This document shows, piece by piece, positions 28,026-37,199 of a stretch of DNA of 64,000 nt. A program made the translations under genes and the position numbers. Within the stretch, counting starts at the first letter, position 1, and the number at the start of each line of letters is the position of its first letter. Under the pieces are notes generated by a model, which was not told the DNA's origin, searched no databases, and saw only the letters and a list, made by a program, of their open reading frames with translations. This DNA is from an uncultured delta proteobacterium. Its GTDB lineage: Bacteria; Desulfobacterota; WTBG01; CAIYCZ01; CAIRTM01. The DNA lies in the NCBI GenBank assembly GCA_903881505.1, contig CAIRTM010000102.1, forward strand, positions 8,389 through 72,388, in the 5' to 3' direction.

Positions 28026-29366
28026 TCAGTTGCCTTCAAGCATAGAGCTGTCCTGAACAGCATCAATAATTGCTCTGGTCAGGCGCTGCAGATCCCTGGG
28101 CTCAATCACATAGGGCGGCATCAGGTATACGAGGCGGCCGAAGGGGCGAATCCATACACCCTGCTCAACAAAACGCTGCTGTATTCTCTCCATAGTGACC
28201 GGACGGGTCAGCTCAACCACCCCGATGGCGCCCAGTACGCGCACATCGGCAACGTGGGCAAACCCGGCAGCAGGTGCAAGTTCGGCGCTCAACTGCCGCT
28301 CGATCGCGCTGACGCGTTCACGCCAGGGGCTTGCTGTCAGCTTGTCAATGCTTGCGCAGGCAATACTGCATCCAAGCGGATTTGCCATGAACGTCGGGCC
28401 GTGCATAAAAAGGCCGGGGTCCCCGTTTGAAATCGTGCCGGCGACACGTTCTGTCGTTATGGCTGCCGCCAAGCTCATATACCCGCCGGTCAGGGCCTTG
28501 CCGATGCACATGATGTCCGGGGCGATGCCTGCATGCTCACAGGCAAACATGCGTCCCGTGCGGCCGAATCCGGTTGCGATTTCATCCAAAATCAGCAGCA
28601 CGCCGAAGCGGGTGCACAGCTCCCGTACAGCCCTCAGATAGTGCGCCGAATAAAAATACATGCCGCCCGCGCCCTGCGCGATCGGCTCCATGATGACCGC
28701 GGCGATTGTATGCTGGTTGCGCGCGAGCAGATCTTCAAACGGGGCCAGATCCTGCGGGCGGCAGGGCGAGCCGAAGCGGCACCCGGGCCGCGGGGCGAAA
28801 TAATACGCGGGCAGCACTCCTGAAAATATGCCGTGCATGCCGGTTTCAGGATCACAGACCGACATGGCATGAAAGGTATCGCCGTGATAGCCGCCCCGGA
28901 TGGTAAGAAACTGTTTGCGCGCGGGCAGCCCGGCCGCATGCCAGAACTGCAGGGCCATTTTCATGGCAACTTCAACGGCGACCGAACCGGAATCACACAG
29001 GAAAATTTTATCAAGCCCTGCAGGCAGGAGCCCCAGCAGCCTTTCGGCCAGCGCAATGGCCGGCTCATGCGTAATCCCGCCGAACATAACATGCGCCATG
29101 CGCCCCAGCTGCTCTGCAGCTGCAGCATTGAGCTCGGGTACATTATAGCCGTGGATGCAGGACCACCAGGATGACATGCCGTCAATAAGCTCGCGCCCGT
29201 CCTGCAAAGTAATGCGCACCCCATCGGCAGAGGCGGCCGGATATACGGGCAGCGGCGCACTCATTGATGTGTAGGGGTGCCACAGGTGCTCATGGTCGAT
29301 GACAGTCCTGTTTGGCATACAGCGTTTTGGCATTATACAAAGGTTCTCTTGTATTCTCGCGTACAC
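28026..29366 (-). CDS. bioA: adenosylmethionine-8-amino-7-oxononanoate aminotransferase
   Basis: Colinear with E. coli BioA as I recall it: [74 protein letters not shown]. The true start is probably an internal ATG (29333 or 29318). Confidence 0.92.
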   Translation of the reverse strand: MYARIQENLCIMPKRCMPNRTVIDHEHLWHPYTSMSAPLPVYPAASADGVRITLQDGRELIDGMSSWWSCIHGYNVPELNAAAAEQLGRMAHVMFGGITHEPAIALAERLLGLLPAGLDKIFLCDSGSVAVEVAMKMALQFWHAAGLPARKQFLTIRGGYHGDTFHAMSVCDPETGMHGIFSGVLPAYYFAPRPGCRFGSPCRPQDLAPFEDLLARNQHTIAAVIMEPIAQGAGGMYFYSAHYLRAVRELCTRFGVLLILDEIATGFGRTGRMFACEHAGIAPDIMCIGKALTGGYMSLAAAITTERVAGTISNGDPGLFMHGPTFMANPLGCSIACASIDKLTASPWRERVSAIERQLSAELAPAAGFAHVADVRVLGAIGVVELTRPVTMERIQQRFVEQGVWIRPFGRLVYLMPPYVIEPRDLQRLTRAIIDAVQDSSMLEGN

Positions 29367-30076
29367 ACGGGATCAGGGACGTATGCCTGCGTTGCGATCG
29401 CGTACCACAGCTACGCTCAACGATCCAGCACACCAGCAGCAGCAATACTGCCGCCAGCAGCTGATAGACGCCTTCGACAGAGCCGGTTTTTTTGACGAGC
29501 GCGATCGCTGCAACAGCCGGCGCACGGCTGATGCGCCCAACTTTTTATTCAACCATCCCAGAACTACCGGATGATAGATTCCGGGGAAAATTCCGGCGCC
29601 GCCGTAAAACAACATCATCAGCGGACGCGGGCGCGGGAAACGCCGGCATGTTGCAATGCGCATAACAGGGCTGCGTTACAATGCGGCGTTGCCGGGTATT
29701 CATTGCACCACGAATGCGTGTGCTGAACTGATACCGATTCAATACCTGCCGCCGGCCCGCAAGAATACCACAAAGCTCGCGCTCTGGACAAAAATAAGTT
29801 GCTGTGTGCCGTCTTTTCCGGGTATTACTTTTTTTAGACGAGAAAAGAAAGCTGATGTCTGCTTTGATTTAAAAAGTTGTGGGTGCCGCATCCCGTTCGC
29901 ATGACAGGGCACGGCTTCGGCTGCCAAAGCACAACAGGCCGAGATTTAATGCTTTGCCGCAAGGTGCAGGGCGTATTTCCATTTGACATGTCCGGGGCCT
30001 TACCATATACTTCCATTTCATTTTTTAAGCGTATTTAATTAATATTGTTTGAAATACTATTTTTTTACTGCGTGCG

Positions 30077-30706
30077 ATGCAAACACCCGTAGCTGTCCTG
30101 ATTTCAGGCTCAGGCTCGAACCTGCAGTCGATTATTGACCAGACCGAGACGGGCAGCCTGCCGGTCAGGATCTGCTGCGTTATATCGAACAGGCCTGATG
30201 CGTTCGGGCTTGAGCGCGCCCGCAAACACGGTATCGAGGCCGTATGCATTCCGTCAAAAGGCAAGACGCGCGAGGAGCACGAACGCGAAGTCGTTGCCGT
30301 GCTTGACAGCCGCGGCGTCCAGCTGGTTGTGCTGGCAGGCTATATGCGCCTTCTGGGCCACGAGTTGCTTGAGCGCTACCGGGGGCGGGTCATCAACATT
30401 CACCCCGCGCTTCTGCCGAGCTTTCCTGGCACGCACGGCTATGAAGACGCCTGGAATTACGGGGTGAAGGTCAGCGGCTGCACCGTGCATTTCGTTGACG
30501 AGGGCTGCGACACGGGCCCGATTATTTTGCAGGCGGCTAACCCGATCGAGCCCGATGACACCCTGGAGACCTTCCGGCAGCGGGGCCTCAAAATCGAGCA
30601 CCAGGCCCTGCCCGAGGCCATCCGGCTGTACTGCACGGGCAGGCTGCGCATCGAAGGCCGCCGGGTGATTGTCGAACCTGACAGGAGCGCAGAATGTACC
30701 GGCTGA
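30077..30706 (+). CDS. purN: phosphoribosylglycinamide formyltransferase
   Basis: VLISGSGSNLQ, INIHPALLPSFPG and VSGCTVHFVDEGCDTGPII motifs. Confidence 0.92.
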   Translation: MQTPVAVLISGSGSNLQSIIDQTETGSLPVRICCVISNRPDAFGLERARKHGIEAVCIPSKGKTREEHEREVVAVLDSRGVQLVVLAGYMRLLGHELLERYRGRVINIHPALLPSFPGTHGYEDAWNYGVKVSGCTVHFVDEGCDTGPIILQAANPIEPDDTLETFRQRGLKIEHQALPEAIRLYCTGRLRIEGRRVIVEPDRSAECTG

Positions 30707-31062
30707 AGATAATCGATTCCTTTTCCGCGGCGCATCAGCTGCACGGCTATGCGGGCAATTGCGAGGCCCTGCACGGCCATAACTGGAAGGTTGAAGTGCA
30801 GGTGCGCGGCGAAAAGGTGAATGATATCGGCATTGTGTTTGATTTCAAGGACCTGAAGCTCCTGACCAAACGCGTGCTGGACAGCTTTGACCACGGCATG
30901 CTCAATGAGCACGAGGCCTTTCAGGGCTGCAATCCCAGTTCCGAGTTGATCGCACGCTACGTGTACCGGGAAATCGCGCGCGGGCTGCCCGGTGGTGTTG
31001 CCATGGAATCGGTCACCGTGTGGGAATCCGACAATGCCGCGGCGACCTACGGTGAGCCGTGA
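30694..31062 (+). CDS. queD: 6-carboxy-5,6,7,8-tetrahydropterin synthase / PTPS-family protein
   Basis: 122 aa. FSAAHQL...GNCEALHGHNW (Cys-x3-His-Gly-His) and DHGMLNE blocks. Overlaps the purN 3' end by 13 nt. Confidence 0.8.
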   Translation: MYRLKIIDSFSAAHQLHGYAGNCEALHGHNWKVEVQVRGEKVNDIGIVFDFKDLKLLTKRVLDSFDHGMLNEHEAFQGCNPSSELIARYVYREIARGLPGGVAMESVTVWESDNAAATYGEP

Positions 31063-31123
31063 ATGGCGGCAATGAACGTTCAGAAAAATGTCCCCTGTGC
31101 GGGCAATGATGGAGGTATATGCC

Positions 31124-31849
31124 ATGAACAGTCTTTTTGAAACCCTGCAGGCCATGCCCTATCCGGGCAGGGTCGTGATTGCCGGTGCGCTTTTCGGCGG
31201 CCAGCAATGCGTGCTGTACGCCATAACCGGCCGCAGCCCTTCAAGCCAGGCGCGCCGGCTTGAGATCGACGCGATGGAGCAGAAGATCTTCGTGCGGCCA
31301 ACGGATGAAGAGACACTCAGGACCGGCAATCCCGACTTGCTGGTATATGAGGCGATCATGTGCGGGAGCGCGGGCCTTGCGGTTTCAAACGGCAAGCAGA
31401 CCACGGATGTGTTCGCCGCGCTGCGCGCCGGCGCCCATGCCGCGCAGGTGCTGCACACTGGCCTTGTCGGCTGGGAATATGAGCCTGACGAGCCCAACTG
31501 GACGCCGCGCATCAGCGGCTGCATCGCGGACAGGGGGGCCTTGAGCATTTTGAAGCGTGCCGACAATGGCGGCGTTATCAGAAACACCTTTGAGTTCCCC
31601 CTGATTGCAGGTCAGGGCCGCATGGTTGCTACCTACACCGGCGTGAACGCCAATCCGCTGCCCTCTTTTGCAGGCGAGCCCCGTGTGCTTGCGCTGCCGT
31701 TTGCGGGCGCGCAGGAGGCTGCCGAGGCTCTTTTTCAGGCCCTGGCCCCGGCCGCGGGATCGTCTGATTACCGGGTTGCAGCCGCGGCCGCTGTGAAGTC
31801 CCACAGCGGAGCTGTCAGCCTGTACGTAAAAAACCGTCATGCAGAATAA
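31124..31849 (+). CDS. purO: archaeal-type IMP cyclohydrolase (PurO-like)
   Basis: YPGRVVIAG..., NPDLLVYEAIMCGSAGLAVSNGKQTTD and YEPDEPNWTPRISGCI align with recalled methanogen PurO blocks (YLGRILAVG, NPYIAYNCI....VVSNGSHTD, YEKDELNTPRIAA). The start is set at ATG 31124, after GGAGG. Confidence 0.7.
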   Translation: MNSLFETLQAMPYPGRVVIAGALFGGQQCVLYAITGRSPSSQARRLEIDAMEQKIFVRPTDEETLRTGNPDLLVYEAIMCGSAGLAVSNGKQTTDVFAALRAGAHAAQVLHTGLVGWEYEPDEPNWTPRISGCIADRGALSILKRADNGGVIRNTFEFPLIAGQGRMVATYTGVNANPLPSFAGEPRVLALPFAGAQEAAEALFQALAPAAGSSDYRVAAAAAVKSHSGAVSLYVKNRHAE

Positions 31850-31858
31850 GGAGTTGTC

Positions 31859-33013
31859 ATGCCGACCGATGTTTCCTCGTTTAAGGATGTGTACAAGACC
31901 GCGATTGAGAGCAATTTTCCCGAAGAGGCCACCCTTATTCTGGGCGACCAGCAGCTGGCGTTCAAGGCTGTCGCGACCCCGCTGCGCTACGGCACTAATC
32001 CGCATCAGCCCTTTACCGCATTTGCTCCCGTGAACAGCAGCGCACTCAGCGTCGGTAACCTCGATATGCTCAAAGGCGGCAAAGCCGGGCTGTCGCTCAC
32101 AAATCTGCAGGACATGAGCCAGGCCCTGAACACGCTGAAATTTTTCCAGCGGCCGGCCTGCGTGGTGATGAAGCATGTGAACCCCTGCGGGTTCAAGGTG
32201 CAGACCGGCGCGGAGCCGCTTGAAGAGATTTACCGCATTGCCCGCGACTGCGATGCGCGCAGCGCTTTCGGCGGCATCGTCGGCTTTAACACCGAGGTTG
32301 ACGGACCAACCGCCGAGGCGATTATGGAGACCTTTATTGAGGGCGTGATCGCGCCAGCGTTTTCAGCCGGAGCCCTTGAGGTGCTGCGGCGCAATGAGGG
32401 GACCAGGAAGCGCAACAACGCCATCCGCGTTGCCCGTGCCGACAATCTGGATACACTGCCGAAATTCATCGGCGATGACATCGCGGGGCTGTTCAATATC
32501 CGCAACCTTGTAGACGGAACCCTCACGTTCGAGATCCCCTATCTGACCCGTATCCGGGGGGCGGCCGATCTGATCCTCGACCCGATGATACCCAACAGCG
32601 ATCCGGAGAAAAACAATGGCAAGGACTACGTGGTCGGCCGGCAGCCCACGGCGCAGGAAATTGAAGATTGCCTGACCGCCTGGTACATCAACATCAACGT
32701 GCGTTCCAACGGCATCGTGTTTGTCAAGAACGGGGCCGCTGTCGCAGTGGGCACCGGCGAGCAGGAGCGCATCGGGGCGGTCGAGCAGGCCATCGACAAG
32801 GCGGTCAAGAAGGGCCATGACCTGAAGGGTTCTGTCATGTCATCGGATGCGTTTTTTCCGCAGCGCGACTGCATCGACACCATTGCCGCCCTCGGGGTGC
32901 GCGCGGTTATCTGGCCGGCCGGCTCGCTCAATGACGCCGCTGTCATTGAGGCCGCAGCCGAACACGATATAGCCCTGATTGCGACGCTTGAGCGCTGCTT
33001 CCTGCATATTTAA
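31859..33013 (+). CDS. purH: AICAR formyltransferase-only PurH (no MGS-like IMP cyclohydrolase domain)
   Basis: 384 aa. LRYGTNPHQ, VVMKHVNPCG and SDAFFPQRD blocks of the AICARFT domain. The N-terminal ~200-aa IMPCH domain of bifunctional PurH is absent. AAGGAG RBS. Confidence 0.85.
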   Translation: MPTDVSSFKDVYKTAIESNFPEEATLILGDQQLAFKAVATPLRYGTNPHQPFTAFAPVNSSALSVGNLDMLKGGKAGLSLTNLQDMSQALNTLKFFQRPACVVMKHVNPCGFKVQTGAEPLEEIYRIARDCDARSAFGGIVGFNTEVDGPTAEAIMETFIEGVIAPAFSAGALEVLRRNEGTRKRNNAIRVARADNLDTLPKFIGDDIAGLFNIRNLVDGTLTFEIPYLTRIRGAADLILDPMIPNSDPEKNNGKDYVVGRQPTAQEIEDCLTAWYININVRSNGIVFVKNGAAVAVGTGEQERIGAVEQAIDKAVKKGHDLKGSVMSSDAFFPQRDCIDTIAALGVRAVIWPAGSLNDAAVIEAAAEHDIALIATLERCFLHI

Positions 33014-33093
33014 AGTTCCGCGCAGCCGTATCTGCCCGGTAAACGCGCTGGTGACGGCGGCAAAGCCGGCCACTGCACGCAAGGAGGCGTTCC

Positions 33094-33987
33094 GTGAAAC
33101 ATCCTGTTCTGCAGCTTATCTGCGCGGCGGCCGCTGTTGTTCTGAGCAACTCCCCGGCTGCCGCTGAAGACTATCAGCATCCTGAAACCAGAAAGCTCGT
33201 GACCTTTGTGCGCGACGCAGCCGCGCTGGTTTCACAGCGGGGCGAAGCGGCCTTCGCTCTTTTTAAGAAGCCATCGGGCCGCTGGCGCGCTGATGGCCGC
33301 TATGTTTTTGTTCTGGATACGGCCGGCAACAGGTATGTGTATCCGCCCGACCCGGAGCACGAGCGCCTGAACGTTTTTGACCAGACCGACCTGAACGGCA
33401 GGCCGCTTGGCGCGATTTTTACGCGGCCGGTCGCGCCCCCCCGCACCGAAGGCTGGGCGCATTACCTGTGGAACCGGCCCGATGACGCCCACCCCATGTG
33501 GAAAACAACCTATCTGGTGCGCACGCGCGCGCCTTCCGGCACGGAGTACATCATCGGCAGCGGAGACCATACCATGCGCATGGAAAAGGCCTTCATTGTT
33601 GACATGGTCGATGAAGCCGTCGCCATGCTTGAAAAGCGGGGCCGGCAGGGCTTCGGATTACTGCGTGACCGTAAAGGCGACTATTATTTTAATGAGACCT
33701 ATGTTTTTGTTACGTCGTTTGAAGGACGCGAGGTTGTCAACCCGGCTTTTCCCATGCTTGAGGGCCGCTCCGTGATCAACGCGGTAGACGCACGCGGCAA
33801 GGCGTTTGTGCGCGAGTATTTGGGAGCTCTGCGCGTGCGCGACAGCGCCTGGGTCTCCTATCAGTGGCCCAAGCCGGGCGAAACCCTGCCCGCCCAAAAG
33901 GAAGTCTATGTTAAAAAGGCCGTTATTGAAGGGCAGCCCTGTGCAGTGGGATCGGGGGTGTACACGGACTGGCTGAAAAGCCGGTAG
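33094..33987 (+). CDS. secreted protein with two tandem sCache_2-type domains and no output domain
   Basis: Signal peptide (LICAAAAVVLSNSPAAAED), then two repeats of the Cache_2 pattern (G..aF.....g.w..g..YvFv.d..G....P.......n....D..G......a.v.Y.W.kP......K..Yv........igsGvY). GTG start, 6 nt after AAGGAGG. Confidence 0.65.
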   Translation: MKHPVLQLICAAAAVVLSNSPAAAEDYQHPETRKLVTFVRDAAALVSQRGEAAFALFKKPSGRWRADGRYVFVLDTAGNRYVYPPDPEHERLNVFDQTDLNGRPLGAIFTRPVAPPRTEGWAHYLWNRPDDAHPMWKTTYLVRTRAPSGTEYIIGSGDHTMRMEKAFIVDMVDEAVAMLEKRGRQGFGLLRDRKGDYYFNETYVFVTSFEGREVVNPAFPMLEGRSVINAVDARGKAFVREYLGALRVRDSAWVSYQWPKPGETLPAQKEVYVKKAVIEGQPCAVGSGVYTDWLKSR

Positions 33988-34011
33988 CCCATAGCGGGTG
34001 GGGCGCTGATC

Positions 34012-35601
34012 ATGTCAAGAAAAGGCATCATTACAGCGGTTTTTGCCCTTGCCCTTGCCCTGCGCCTGTGGGGAATATGGTTCGGCCTGCCGGGCATTGA
34101 CCACGGCGATGAGAGCGAAGTCGTCAACCACGCCCTGCGCTTCGGCAGCGGAGACTTGAATCCCCACCGGTTTCAATACGGGTCTTTTTTTCAGTACATC
34201 CTTTTCACGCTTTACGGGCTGTACTTTACGGCCGGATACCTCGCCGGCGCATTTCCCACCGTGCAGTCCTTCGCGATAGCATTTGTCAGGGACCCTTCGG
34301 CATTTTACCTCATCGCGCGCTGCCTGTCGGCCCTGTTCGGCGCTTTGACCGTTATTGTCACCTATCGCATGGGATGCCGCCTGCGGGGTCCGGCCGCCGG
34401 CACGGGGGCGGCCCTGCTCATGGCCGTCTGCTTCGAGCATGCCGTGCATTCGCATTACGCAACGGTGGACGTTTTTCTCACCCTGCTGTTCACGTGTGCG
34501 CTGTACCGGAGCCTGCTGGTCGTCGAGAACCCCTCATACAAAAATATCCTGATTGCTGGCCTGGCCGCCGGATTGAGCATGGCTGTGAAGTTTAACGGAG
34601 CTTTTGCTGCCATAGCGGTCGTGCTGGCCGCATATGCCGGACAACAGGGCCTCTCCGCGGCACAGCGTTTCTTCAGCGCCCGGATGCTTGCCGCCCTGTG
34701 CGTGATACCGCTGGGACATTTTCTGGCGAGCCCCTTTTTTTACATCAGTCTGCCGGCGGCGCTTGAAGAAATACGGCAGCTGCGGGCCATGCACGCATCC
34801 GAGACATTTACGCTGCTGCGCTATTTGAAAGGCCTGGCGACCGGGCAATTCGGCATACCGGCGGGCGCGCTGTGCCTGGCCGGTTTCTGCAGGCTCATGG
34901 TGGTGCGGGACAACCGGGTGCGGATCCTGCTGGTGACAACGGCAGCGCTTTTGCTGTTCATTTCCCTGCACGCCTACACCGATCCGCGCTATATTTTCCA
35001 AGTGTTTCCTGTTTTCGCGGTTGCGGGAGCGGTTCTGATCACGGAGATCATTGCGCCGGTAAAAAGCAGGGTGCTGGTTGCGCTGATATGGGCAGCTCTT
35101 CTGGCGCATCCCCTGTATCGGACGGCCGCGTGGGACATGGATCACTCACGGCGCAGTGCCACGCTTCAGGCCAAAGACTGGATTGAAGAGAACATCCCGG
35201 TAAACGCCAAGGTCCTGATCGACAATGCGGGCAACAAGGGACCCAAGCTTGAAACCTCGCCGGAGCATCTGCGCGCCCAGTATGAGCGTGCCAGGCGCCA
35301 TGGGCTGCTGAAGGCGGACTACCTGGCGCTGAAGATGGAGGTCGAGCCCCGGATATATTACCGCCTGTACGAAGTGGCCGATCCCGCCGGCTCAAGGGAC
35401 GATGATTACAGAAATTTTTGCCTGTGGGCCGACCTTGAGGAGATCGGCCATCCGCCGGACTATTATCGATCAAAAGGCTTTGAGTACATTGTTGTCACCA
35501 AGCGGCTGTTCGCCGCGATGGCACAGGAAGGTTTTGTGCTTCTCAAGGAGTTCCGGCAGGGGAAAAAGGCAATCCGGGTGTATAGGGTGGCCGGGCCGTA
35601 G
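34012..35601 (+). CDS. GT39/ArnT-like (PMT_2) membrane glycosyltransferase
   Basis: 529 aa. N-terminal LRLWGIWFGLPGIDHGDESEVVNHAL loop with an acidic motif, about 10 TM helices and a soluble C-terminal domain. Confidence 0.7.
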   Translation: MSRKGIITAVFALALALRLWGIWFGLPGIDHGDESEVVNHALRFGSGDLNPHRFQYGSFFQYILFTLYGLYFTAGYLAGAFPTVQSFAIAFVRDPSAFYLIARCLSALFGALTVIVTYRMGCRLRGPAAGTGAALLMAVCFEHAVHSHYATVDVFLTLLFTCALYRSLLVVENPSYKNILIAGLAAGLSMAVKFNGAFAAIAVVLAAYAGQQGLSAAQRFFSARMLAALCVIPLGHFLASPFFYISLPAALEEIRQLRAMHASETFTLLRYLKGLATGQFGIPAGALCLAGFCRLMVVRDNRVRILLVTTAALLLFISLHAYTDPRYIFQVFPVFAVAGAVLITEIIAPVKSRVLVALIWAALLAHPLYRTAAWDMDHSRRSATLQAKDWIEENIPVNAKVLIDNAGNKGPKLETSPEHLRAQYERARRHGLLKADYLALKMEVEPRIYYRLYEVADPAGSRDDDYRNFCLWADLEEIGHPPDYYRSKGFEYIVVTKRLFAAMAQEGFVLLKEFRQGKKAIRVYRVAGP

Positions 35602-35672
35602 GCGGCGTTTCCGGGCGACGGCGGCCCGTTCCCGGGTTGTTGAAAGCCGCTGCCTGTGATAGAGTGGCATTT

Positions 35673-37037
35673 ATGAGCATGCAGTACAGCGATACGCACG
35701 CCGGCGTTCCCGTTTCCGTGGCTGCGCCGGGCGCAGTTTTTGGCACGTTAAGGCCGGTCATTGTGTGGCTGGCGGTGATGTTTCTTTTCGCGGCCCTGGG
35801 GCAGGCAAGCGCCGCAGAGCTCGGCAGGGTTCGTTCGGTTTCACACAGCGTTGACGGACCAGACGAAAAAGTAACCATTGCGCTCAGCGCTCGGGCAGCT
35901 TTCAAAGTCAACGTGCTGGATCGCAATCCCTCGGTCGGCATGCCCTGGCGTCTCTATGTCGATATTGGCAATACGGCTTTTTCCCCGGGCGTCAACAGAA
36001 ACATCCGTCCGCAGGATGCCTGCGTGCGTGCCGTGCGCTCGGCTCTGAATGATCCGCGCACCGTCCGGGTTGTACTGGAATTTAACTATGCGCCCGCTGC
36101 GGGGGACTACACGGTCGTTCAGCATGACAGCCCGCCTTCTCTGGATATCATTGTGCATGCGGAAAAAATACGCGTGCGCCTGGGCGAAAGCCCGGTTCCG
36201 TCTGTGAGCGAACCCCTTGCGCAGCCTTCTGCCCGGCAGGAGCCGCCGGCAGCCCCGGCGCCGCCTGCGGTCGAAGCGCAACCACCCCGGCAGCCGTCCG
36301 GCCAGGCCGCTGCAAGGGAAAAGCAGGCCCAGGCTGCCGGGCCCCGCACATACGTGATTGCGATTGACGCGGGGCACGGCGGCCGTGATCCGGGCGCGCT
36401 AGGTCATGGCGGGCTTAAGGAAAAGCACATCTGCCTTGCCATCGCCCTGGAGCTGAAAAAAACGTTGGACAGGAAGGCGGGCTACACGACCCTTATGACC
36501 CGCACATCTGACAGTTTCGTGTCACTGCCGGATCGCGCCCGGATAGCAGCCGAGGGCCGGGCCGACCTGCTGATTTCTATTCACGGTAATTCGCATGTTG
36601 ATGCGCGCGTTGACGGCATCGAGACATACTACCTCAATTTTTCATCGGATGCCGAAGCGCGCCGGGTTGCCGCCCGTGAAAATTTCACAACCCCTGAGCA
36701 GATCGGCGATCTCGAAATGATTTTATTCGACCTGATACAGGGCGAGAAGACCAATATTTCAAGCCTGCTGGCCGGCCATGTGCACAACCGCCTCACCGCG
36801 GCCGTCACCGGCAGGTATAAAAAAATGCGCAACCTTGGGGTCAAGCATGCGCCCATGCGTGTTTTGATCGATGCCGAGATGCCCGGCATTCTGTTTGAGG
36901 CCGGATTTATCAGTAATCCGGAGGAGGTCAAGCGGCTGCAGACTCCCGCGCATCAGCAGTTGCTGGCAGAGGCGATCGCCGACGGCATCCACGATTTTTT
37001 CACCAGCAGCAAAACCGCCGCCTACCGACATCCGTAA
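35673..37037 (+). CDS. amiC: N-acetylmuramoyl-L-alanine amidase, AmiC type (AMIN domain + Amidase_3)
   Basis: Signal/TM segment, AMIN-like beta domain (WRLYVDIGN), Pro/Ala/Gln linker, then the IAIDAGHGGRDPGA ... LISIHGNS ... NLGVKHAPMRVL amidase_3 blocks. The ATG at 35673 is preferred over the TTG at 35637. Confidence 0.85.
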   Translation: MSMQYSDTHAGVPVSVAAPGAVFGTLRPVIVWLAVMFLFAALGQASAAELGRVRSVSHSVDGPDEKVTIALSARAAFKVNVLDRNPSVGMPWRLYVDIGNTAFSPGVNRNIRPQDACVRAVRSALNDPRTVRVVLEFNYAPAAGDYTVVQHDSPPSLDIIVHAEKIRVRLGESPVPSVSEPLAQPSARQEPPAAPAPPAVEAQPPRQPSGQAAAREKQAQAAGPRTYVIAIDAGHGGRDPGALGHGGLKEKHICLAIALELKKTLDRKAGYTTLMTRTSDSFVSLPDRARIAAEGRADLLISIHGNSHVDARVDGIETYYLNFSSDAEARRVAARENFTTPEQIGDLEMILFDLIQGEKTNISSLLAGHVHNRLTAAVTGRYKKMRNLGVKHAPMRVLIDAEMPGILFEAGFISNPEEVKRLQTPAHQQLLAEAIADGIHDFFTSSKTAAYRHP

Positions 37038-37081
37038 GTATGGCCGGATGCGCCCGGCACATCCGCGGGCGCGCTCCGGTA

Positions 37082-37110
37082 TTGACATGCGAACGCATAT
37101 AGCCTATGTT
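37082..37110 (+). promoter_or_regulatory. candidate sigma70 promoter of the macA operon
   Basis: TTGACA (37082-37087), a 17-nt spacer, then TATGTT (37105-37110), about 90 nt upstream of macA. The spacer contains the small inverted repeat ATGCG-aa-CGCAT. Confidence 0.4.
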
Positions 37111-37199
37111 TTTACAGAACAGCAGCACAGGCTTGCCGTATATATAACAGACCCCGGACGATACCTCTCCTGCAGTCGCGCTTTCCAAGAGGCCATACC

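Noticed and set aside
29850-30076. Possible ZTP (pfl) or purine riboswitch upstream of purN/purH.
   Set aside because: I could not find the conserved ZTP elements (the GGGUCGUGAC...GGCG core and the downstream CCGCCUGGGC pseudoknot partner) or a purine-riboswitch three-way junction on either strand. An Infernal scan would be decisive.
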